Virus record (IMG/VR): IMGVR_UViG_3300032331_000813
Coordinates: 1 to 64,000 of that record
Strand: one strand, 5' to 3'
Length of the DNA stretch: 64,000 bases
From: a virus
Program-made: the position numbers and the translations under genes
Shown: one piece after another, positions 9,231 through 16,065 of the stretch
Position numbering within the stretch: position 1 is the first letter of the stretch
How the letters are laid out: each line of letters starts with the position of its first letter
The notes under the pieces: model-generated
Seen by the model: the letters and a program-made list of their open reading frames with translations, nothing else
What the model was told of the DNA's origin: nothing
Databases searched by the model: none

Positions 9231-9581
9231 TTGCCGCTTTGAAGCCATGGTAGTGCAAATTTGCACTACCAATGGAAACTTGCCATGCCCGTCATCCTTT
9301 GCCATCTATTCCCCGCATAATTGCCTTTTTCTGACATTATACGCAACCGGTTGTCCTGTAGTGTTTTTGGGACTGTAGTGAAGCTACCAATGTCTTTCAA
9401 TTGATTCTTCGACAACGCATGTTCTATATCCGCAAGATAGAGTTGGATATAGACTCATTGAAGGTTCGCTTTGACGAGAGCCTTCTCGGTTTTCCTTACC
9501 ATTACTGATAAGCATACTCCAGATCCGTCAGCACAGCACAATCTGTACAAACTCAAGGAGGACTCACAACTGAGCCAACAA
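9231..9581 (-). ncRNA. Candidate large structured non-coding RNA (~350 nt), family unknown
   Basis: No ORF of 60 aa or more; many hairpins whose mismatches resolve as G-U pairs only on the minus strand, a GUAA (GNRA) tetraloop hairpin and a 24-bp palindrome. Confidence 0.5.
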
Positions 9582-9594
9582 ATTTTTAAACGTT

Positions 9595-10146
9595 TTAAAC
9601 GTCAATAGTTAAGATTGTATTTTGTTTTGACTTGGTGTCTGTTGAACAATATGATTTTAATACTGGTATATTATGTAAGAAGAAACTATCAAATTCGAAA
9701 ATCATCCAGTCTCCGTGTTTTTGAGAGGTGTAGTAAGTGAAATTATCCGCAACCCATGTTAGTTTGCTTTGTACACAAACATATCTGCCTTTACGATTAA
9801 ACTTCATAAAAAGAATGTTCACATCGTTTGGGTCAGCAACATCCATAAGTTGCGCTAGCCAACCATCTAATACTTTACACTCTCCGGTTAGTATTAAATG
9901 AAACGGAAAATCTGCATAGAACTTACATTCAACATTCATTTTACTGAATGATTGACCGGGTACAATATCACCTTTGAACGAACGAATCTGTCCTTCGTGT
10001 AATACTTCTGTTCTACTTTGATTCTTCCCGCCCACATAAGCACCAGACCCAGGAGCACGAATAAAACTCTCGCCGTAAGTATCGGATAGATATTTAGCGA
10101 TTTCTCTTTCGAAACCTGAACCTTTGTTTTTCTGTGGACTTGACAT
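9595..10146 (-). CDS. Holliday junction resolvase (Hjc-like PD-(D/E)XK nuclease)
   Basis: KNKGSGFEREIA, R.PGSGA, GDI and VECKFY motifs; start placed at MSSPQ (10146) downstream of a TAAGTA box. Confidence 0.8.
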   Translation of the reverse strand: MSSPQKNKGSGFEREIAKYLSDTYGESFIRAPGSGAYVGGKNQSRTEVLHEGQIRSFKGDIVPGQSFSKMNVECKFYADFPFHLILTGECKVLDGWLAQLMDVADPNDVNILFMKFNRKGRYVCVQSKLTWVADNFTYYTSQKHGDWMIFEFDSFFLHNIPVLKSYCSTDTKSKQNTILTIDV

Positions 10147-10178
10147 AATCATACTTATCGTTATTTCTTCGCCGTAAA

Positions 10179-11942
10179 TTATTCTATGTCTACTGCTGTG
10201 TTATAGCTAGTAAACCCATTTTCTTTGATAACTTTTAGTACATTTGGAACTCGTCCTGCTAATTCTTCACGATGACTGACAAGCCAAATAGATTTCTTCC
10301 TACGACGGCTCATGTCTTTAAGAATAGCAATAGCATTCTCAACACCCATCGTGTCCAATCCACTATCAATCAATTCATCAATAAACAATGTATTGATTGG
10401 GCTGTATAAATTTTCCCAAACATCACGGAAAGCAAAACTCAATCCTAAAATCAATCTATTGCGTTCACCGCGGCTTAGATTGTCAAAATCAAGTTCTCGT
10501 CCTAATTCTGTAATCTCAACTTGTAAATCATTTTTGAATATGACATTATGTGGCAAACCAATCTTGTCTAAGTAATGCGTCAGTCTACCATTCAAGTATG
10601 ATAGATTCTGATCAATAATCTTTTTACGCACAAAACTATCTTTGCTAGTCAATAAGTCAAGCAAGAACTTTTGATGTTCCATTGTTCTAGTCAATTTGTT
10701 AATCTTATCAAAGTTAATCTCTTGTAATGCTTTATTCTCCATCTCAGATATTTGTTCGCTGTATGGATCAACTTCTTGTGTCTTGTTCTCAATTTGAGTA
10801 ATTAAGTTTTCAAGTTGGCTATTGTGCTTAATCGCTTGTGCTTCTGTATCGTAGTGTGTACTAGGCATTAATCCTAACTCACCCAAATCTTTTACTGCTT
10901 GAATGTGTTCTAGCTGTTGAGTATTAGTAGCTAAAGCCTGTAAGGCTGCTTCTTGTAGTGCTTTTACCTTCTCATTCAATACACTTTCATGTTTCGTATC
11001 GTGAAATTCTTGACCGCAAGCATAGCAAGTATGATTTTTTAAATCATCAATTTCTTTTGTTAGTTTGTTGACTATTTTTGATTCTTTGGCTTCATCAGCT
11101 ACACAACGGGCAATTAGCTTGTTGAGGTCATCAATAGACTTACGCTTTTCGTTGTATGTGGTTAAGTTTTTATGAGCCTGTAACTCTGCTGCGATATCGA
11201 TAGTAATCAACCGTTGATAATCAATAGCAAGACGCTCTAAATCCTCATCGTGCTTCATCTTCCACAATTTTTGTCTACGCTTAGTAGATTCAATTTGTTC
11301 TTTTACACGCTTATTGGCTTCTTCAATAGCTTTTACATTAAATTCTTCTTGCTGTATACCATCTTTGGTATCTTTCAGCATACCTTTAATAACTTCTGCT
11401 TTCTCTGAAAGCAATGTGATACCCAATAATTGTTCAATAATATCACGTTGTTCATTATTTTTAAGTGCAAGAAATGGTTCAGAGTAAGTATTGAGTGCTA
11501 CGATATGCTTAAACATATCACTACTCATGTGAATCACCTTTTCAATGGCAGCTTGTGTTTCTTTGTTCTCACCTTGTGCGTCATCCATTCCTTTTTGTAA
11601 TGAATTATTAACATAGAATCGTAACACATTTGGCTTACGACCACGCTCAATCTTATACTCAATGCCCTCAACACTAAACTCTAATGTTACCATCATGTTT
11701 TTAGCATTGGTACGATTGACTAAGTTATCTTTGCGAATGCTATTGATGGGTACACCAAACAATGCGTAGGATAACCCTTGAATCAATGTAGTCTTTCCAG
11801 TGCCATTACGAGCGCCATCACCACCTAAGTCTAAGTTCTCACCTAGAATAAGTGTTAGTTCTTGTCTATCAAAGTTTACTGCTTGTGTTACTTGACCAAT
11901 TGATAAAAAGTTTCGCAATGTTATATTCTTAAGTGTGATCAT
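10179..11942 (-). CDS. gp46: Recombination endonuclease ATPase subunit (T4 gp46 / Rad50 / SbcC-like)
   Basis: NFLSIG, Walker A NGTGKT, coiled coil with CYAC zinc hook, signature LSRGE, Walker B LFIDELIDSGLD, VSH switch. Confidence 0.93.
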   Translation of the reverse strand: MITLKNITLRNFLSIGQVTQAVNFDRQELTLILGENLDLGGDGARNGTGKTTLIQGLSYALFGVPINSIRKDNLVNRTNAKNMMVTLEFSVEGIEYKIERGRKPNVLRFYVNNSLQKGMDDAQGENKETQAAIEKVIHMSSDMFKHIVALNTYSEPFLALKNNEQRDIIEQLLGITLLSEKAEVIKGMLKDTKDGIQQEEFNVKAIEEANKRVKEQIESTKRRQKLWKMKHDEDLERLAIDYQRLITIDIAAELQAHKNLTTYNEKRKSIDDLNKLIARCVADEAKESKIVNKLTKEIDDLKNHTCYACGQEFHDTKHESVLNEKVKALQEAALQALATNTQQLEHIQAVKDLGELGLMPSTHYDTEAQAIKHNSQLENLITQIENKTQEVDPYSEQISEMENKALQEINFDKINKLTRTMEHQKFLLDLLTSKDSFVRKKIIDQNLSYLNGRLTHYLDKIGLPHNVIFKNDLQVEITELGRELDFDNLSRGERNRLILGLSFAFRDVWENLYSPINTLFIDELIDSGLDTMGVENAIAILKDMSRRRKKSIWLVSHREELAGRVPNVLKVIKENGFTSYNTAVDIE

Positions 11943-12952
11943 AGGTTGTTATAGATGTCCAATAGTATTTTCTTATCAAAACTGTTACTCTCAATGCTAT
12001 TGATTTGGTCAATAATGATTTGGTCTACTGATTCAAACTTCAAGTCACCACGACCTTCTTGTTCAACCTGGTCTACTTTCATCGGTATCAATGCCATCTC
12101 TCTTAGTTTGTGTTCTGGTATTAATGTTTCACGGATGAAATTAGCTTCTTCATAACTAATATCAATATCAAGATGTACTCTAACATGGCTATCAATCAAT
12201 AGCAAACCCTCTGGGTTTTCAAGCACATCACTTAGTTTATAGACACGGAACAATGGTTGACGAGGCCAACTATGAAAGACTGGGTCTTGTCCCCATTCTA
12301 ATATCATCATGCCACGTGCATCGTCCCCTGCGTCAGCATAGTTATGGGGGAAAGCATTACCAATATACCAGACATTAGCTTTGCTTTGTCGTTTATGAAA
12401 ATGTCCACTGAATACTTTATCAAAACTTTTCATATGGTCAGTATTAATCTCACCATGATCGGGCATCTCTACCATAGCATTCATATAGAAGCGAGGCAAT
12501 TCAAAATGACCAAACAAGTATTTCCCACTTAGTTTCTGAACCTTCTTGTAATCATCTTGTACTAACCAAGGTGCAATGACTACATCTCCTTGGCTGAAGA
12601 AGTCGTTGACGATTTGTACGTTTGGTAAATGTTTAGCCCACTCAACACTATGAATGTCCCTGCGGTCACGATAATAAAGATCGTGATTGCCCGGTATAAA
12701 ATATACCCTATCAAAGTTATCATTTAATTTCTCCAATGCTTGTAATCCAAACTGTAGTGTATGGATGTTGATACTTGCTCTATGATGATTGTAATCACCC
12801 AAGAAGAAACAAGTTTCACATCCCTCACTCTTTGCTTTTTTAATAAACCAATCTACAAAATTATTGCAGTCTTGATTATGTTGCAGGCTATTTGACTTAA
12901 GGCCAAAGTGAATATCTGTAAACACCGCGGCTTTTTTAAAAAGGTTACTCAT
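11939..12952 (-). CDS. gp47: Recombination endonuclease nuclease subunit (T4 gp47 / Mre11 / SbcD-like)
   Basis: Metallophosphoesterase motifs DIHFG, LGD, GNHD, GHFE, SGHFH; likely start MSNLFKK at 12952 rather than 13018. Confidence 0.92.
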   Translation of the reverse strand: MSNLFKKAAVFTDIHFGLKSNSLQHNQDCNNFVDWFIKKAKSEGCETCFFLGDYNHHRASINIHTLQFGLQALEKLNDNFDRVYFIPGNHDLYYRDRRDIHSVEWAKHLPNVQIVNDFFSQGDVVIAPWLVQDDYKKVQKLSGKYLFGHFELPRFYMNAMVEMPDHGEINTDHMKSFDKVFSGHFHKRQSKANVWYIGNAFPHNYADAGDDARGMMILEWGQDPVFHSWPRQPLFRVYKLSDVLENPEGLLLIDSHVRVHLDIDISYEEANFIRETLIPEHKLREMALIPMKVDQVEQEGRGDLKFESVDQIIIDQINSIESNSFDKKILLDIYNNL

Positions 12953-12958
12953 CTGATT

Positions 12959-12987
12959 AGTATATAGTAAATGCCATTGACTAGCAA
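12959..12987 (-). promoter_or_regulatory. Sigma70-type promoter for gp47/gp46
   Basis: TTGCTA-N17-TATACT on -, ending 6 nt before the ATG; the -35 lies inside a 10-bp inverted repeat (12970-12994). Confidence 0.55.
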
Positions 12988-13001
12988 TGGCATTGGTAAA
13001 A

Positions 13002-13913
13002 TTATTCTTCGTAAACAACCGAACTCATTCCAGAACCTAACCCTTGACGAGTCCAGCTTGGGTTAAGCCCATTTATCTCTAAGATATCGTCACGGATGTT
13101 TTGATTACGCTTTTCTGTGTTTAATACACGACAGAAACTATTAGTAATTGCTGCGGTATAGTATGCGAATGGGTTAGCACTTTTGGCTTCGTTGAATCGT
13201 AGTCCAACGTATGTGAGTTGTAGAATAGCACTGTTACGCATTTCATCATTATATGTATATCCACGCCAATTATATTTCATGGCATATTTTTCGCACATCA
13301 TAATGTACATACGGGCTAGTTTGTTTGTTACTTGACCATGATCCTTACTGAATTCTCCAGACTTTAGATCACCTTTCCAATGACTTTTACCCACGCAATA
13401 GAAAGTATTATTTTTATCTAGTTTATAGTGTTGGAATGGGGGGAAGTTTACCTTAACATGAACCATGTCATCTACTTCTGCTTTGGTCGTCACATCTTCC
13501 AAATCAGCAAAAATCTCATCTGGATCGGTTTCATCAAATTCAAAAATATCTTTTGCTGTTTTCTTTTTAACTGTTTTGCGGGGAACTTTTGGGGCGACTG
13601 GGACATGATCCCAATTCATTACTCTAAATACTAAATCTGTCACTGGAATAGATTCTGGATCAACTGAATCTTTAGCCCCTGCTTCTATACCTAACCTACT
13701 TGCCCTAGTTTCTTTTGCTTGTTGAATGGATTCTGGTTTAAATGCATATTCTAAACTATCCTCAATTGAAGATTGGGGCATATCAACTATAAAATCGTAT
13801 CTATGATATTCTGGTTTGGCAAAATGACAATATGCGTTTTTACTTTCGTGTATCTCTTTTAGTATATCTTTGTTGTTTAAATAGTTGACAGGTTTTCTTG
13901 AGGGTAATGACAT
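13002..13913 (-). CDS. gp55: Late-transcription sigma factor (T4 gp55-like)
   Basis: NYLNNKDIL N-terminus, NWRGYTYNDEM, F...KSANPFAYYT..I.NSF.R motifs; upstream of gp47-gp46. Confidence 0.85.
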   Translation of the reverse strand: MSLPSRKPVNYLNNKDILKEIHESKNAYCHFAKPEYHRYDFIVDMPQSSIEDSLEYAFKPESIQQAKETRASRLGIEAGAKDSVDPESIPVTDLVFRVMNWDHVPVAPKVPRKTVKKKTAKDIFEFDETDPDEIFADLEDVTTKAEVDDMVHVKVNFPPFQHYKLDKNNTFYCVGKSHWKGDLKSGEFSKDHGQVTNKLARMYIMMCEKYAMKYNWRGYTYNDEMRNSAILQLTYVGLRFNEAKSANPFAYYTAAITNSFCRVLNTEKRNQNIRDDILEINGLNPSWTRQGLGSGMSSVVYEE

Positions 13914-13943
13914 AGTTCTCCTTGTTTTAGTTATGCTTGACTG

Positions 13944-13972
13944 ATTATAGCATAATGGTTGCAGAAATGCAA
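13944..13972 (-). promoter_or_regulatory. Sigma70-type early promoter for the late sigma gene
   Basis: TTGCAT-N17-TATAAT with extended -10 TG on -, followed by AAGGAG SD. Confidence 0.75.
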
Positions 13973-14017
13973 CATATTTTTAGCAGAAAAGGTAAAAATA
14001 GCGTATTATATTTATGC

Positions 14018-14023
14018 TAAATA
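14018..14023 (+). promoter_or_regulatory. Late promoter box at the start of the baseplate module
   Basis: TAAATA 21 nt upstream of ATG 14045; the same box recurs before other structural genes. Confidence 0.6.
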
Positions 14024-14044
14024 GTGTATAAGGATAAGAATAAT

Positions 14045-15754
14045 ATGCCATTTTATACCCCCACAGACCTAACTAGTAATGCGTATGTTGCTTCTATGGG
14101 CCCTCAGGCAAAAGATTCTGCACTAGCTTGGTCTAAACAAGCACTTGATTTACAACAAAGTAAATTAGCTGAAAAACAAGCACAAGTAGATGCAGCAGCA
14201 GCAGCACTAGCGCAAGCACCAACTAGGCAACAAGTTAATGCAGCAAAAGCGGCAGCAGCAGACCCAACTCTTACAGCAGAACAAAGAGCGGCCGCAGCAG
14301 CACAAGCAACTGCACTTGATAATCAACGCACTGATGCACTTATTACTAAAGGTGAAGCAGACTTAGCTGTTGCAAATCAAGCCAAAGTTGTTGAAGAAAC
14401 TCAAACTGGAATATCTAATCTACAACAAGCAGGAGCTGTACCTAATCCTGCAATTCAATCATCAACTTCTTCTACCGGTGCACCAATCGCTAAAGCAGTT
14501 CCTGAACAAGTATTAGAACCAACTAATTCTAATAGTACCGGTTTACCTGTAGTTGCAGAAGATGGCACTGTAAATAAAAATATTAAGATAAATCCAGAAA
14601 CAGGTGAATTATACACACCCGCGGCTGCTACTGCAGCCGATGAAATACCAAAACAACAAATAAATCCAGAAACAGGTGAATTATATACTCCGTTGACTTC
14701 GGCTAATCTTACTCCACAAGAACAAAAAATTATTGAAAATACGAGAGGGATAGATGTAGTTGCAGAAGATGGCACTGTAAATAAAAATATTAAGATAAAT
14801 CCAGAAACAGGTGAATTGTATACAACTGAATTTGATGCTCAAGAAGCTGCTAATGCCAACGAGAGTGCAGCAGAAACAGCAAGATTAAATCAAAATAGTG
14901 TACCTGGATTATCTGCTTCAAAATTAAATACGCAATCACAAGCAACGCAACAAGACTCAGCTAACTTTAAAGCAAAAGAAGATTGGCGAGTAAGATTAAG
15001 TTTAGCACCGGGCGCTGATTATTTGTATGCGGCAAACCCTGCAGGCATCTTAGCACCATTGTCTGCAACTAACGGAATCATCTTCCCTTATACTCCTGCT
15101 ATCTCAGTAAGTTATGCTGCCACATATGATCCAACTGAGTTGACACATACTAATTATAAATTCTTTACTTATAAAGGAAGTAATGTAGATTCTATCACAA
15201 TATCATGTGATTTTACTGCACAAGATGTATTTGAAGCGAATTATTTGTTAGCAGTAATACATTTCTTTAGGTCTATAACAAAAATGTTTTACGGTCAAGA
15301 TCCTGGACCAGTGCCCGGAACTCCCCCTCCGTTATGTTATTTGTCAGGACTGGGTGCATTTCAATTTGATGCCCATCCATTAGCAATAACCGCATTTACT
15401 TATAATTTACCCACAGACGTAGACTACATACGAGCAGGCACAAATGCAACATTTCCCGGTGTCAACAGAGCAGCAGCAGTACCAAAAAGTACTAATCAAG
15501 GTAAACCGGGTGAAACACGAATGGCAAATAATGGTGTTCAAGCCGGTGCTATAGCCGCTCCTCCTAATTTTTCAGGAGCATATGCAGGATCAAGAGAACC
15601 TACTTATGTTCCTACTAAAATAAATCTAAGTATATCTGCTGTACCAATTGTAACTAGAAATGACATTAGTAATAACTTTAGTCTAAAGCAATACGCAACC
15701 GGTGCATTGTTGAGGGGAACGACTAGACAAGGTTCAGGCGGGGGAATTTGGTAA
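14045..15754 (+). CDS. Baseplate tail-tube initiator-like protein (gp48/gp54-type) with low-complexity N-terminal extension
   Basis: C-terminal tube-like domain (GIIFPYTP.I, FTAQ, HFFRSITKMFYG, GTPPP, YNLP.DVDY); N-terminal Ala/Gln helix and INPETGELYT repeats. ATG 14045 preferred over GTG 14024. Confidence 0.6.
   Translation: MPFYTPTDLTSNAYVASMGPQAKDSALAWSKQALDLQQSKLAEKQAQVDAAAAALAQAPTRQQVNAAKAAAADPTLTAEQRAAAAAQATALDNQRTDALITKGEADLAVANQAKVVEETQTGISNLQQAGAVPNPAIQSSTSSTGAPIAKAVPEQVLEPTNSNSTGLPVVAEDGTVNKNIKINPETGELYTPAAATAADEIPKQQINPETGELYTPLTSANLTPQEQKIIENTRGIDVVAEDGTVNKNIKINPETGELYTTEFDAQEAANANESAAETARLNQNSVPGLSASKLNTQSQATQQDSANFKAKEDWRVRLSLAPGADYLYAANPAGILAPLSATNGIIFPYTPAISVSYAATYDPTELTHTNYKFFTYKGSNVDSITISCDFTAQDVFEANYLLAVIHFFRSITKMFYGQDPGPVPGTPPPLCYLSGLGAFQFDAHPLAITAFTYNLPTDVDYIRAGTNATFPGVNRAAAVPKSTNQGKPGETRMANNGVQAGAIAAPPNFSGAYAGSREPTYVPTKINLSISAVPIVTRNDISNNFSLKQYATGALLRGTTRQGSGGGIW
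14548..14817 (+). repeat. Identical 63-bp direct repeat plus a partial third copy
   Basis: 14548-14610 equals 14755-14817 (VVAEDGTVNKNIKINPETGEL); partial copy at 14660-14685. Confidence 0.9.
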
Positions 15755-16065
15755 TGGCAAATAATAACATATATCCAGCATCAAGTCCGTATTTCAATAC
15801 GGGTGTGGTAAACAATCAATTTTTAGATGTAATGATTAACAGACAGGTTCCTATGCAACCTTCTGACATTTATTGGGAAATAACACAAGTGTATGAGTAT
15901 AGACCTGACTTATTAGCATATGACTTGTATACTAATAGTAGGTTGTGGTGGGTTTTTGCAAGTAGAAATCCAAACAGATTAAAAGACCCATACTTTGATT
16001 TTGTAGCAGGAGTAGGTATATATTTGCCTAAATTAGATTTATTAAAACAAGTGCTGGGGATATAA
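15754..16065 (+). CDS. gp53: Baseplate wedge protein (T4 gp53 / LysM-like)
   Basis: YEYRPDLLAYDLY...LWWVFA.RNP..L.DP motif. Confidence 0.8.
   Translation: MANNNIYPASSPYFNTGVVNNQFLDVMINRQVPMQPSDIYWEITQVYEYRPDLLAYDLYTNSRLWWVFASRNPNRLKDPYFDFVAGVGIYLPKLDLLKQVLGI

Noticed and set aside
9104-9594. tRNA, tmRNA, RNase P or group I/II intron identity for the intergenic region
   Set aside because: No T-loop/CCA end, no RNase P GAGGAAAGUCC motif, no convincing intron core, and no interrupted gene; left as an unknown structured element.
12953-13018. N-terminal extension of gp47 given in the ORF track
   Set aside because: Overlaps the sigma gene end and a hairpin/promoter; nuclease homology begins at MSNLFKK (12952).
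14548-14817. Direct repeats as a possible CRISPR array or DGR template/variable pair
   Set aside because: Only two full copies, in frame within a CDS, identical rather than adenine-variable; no cas or reverse transcriptase gene in the window.
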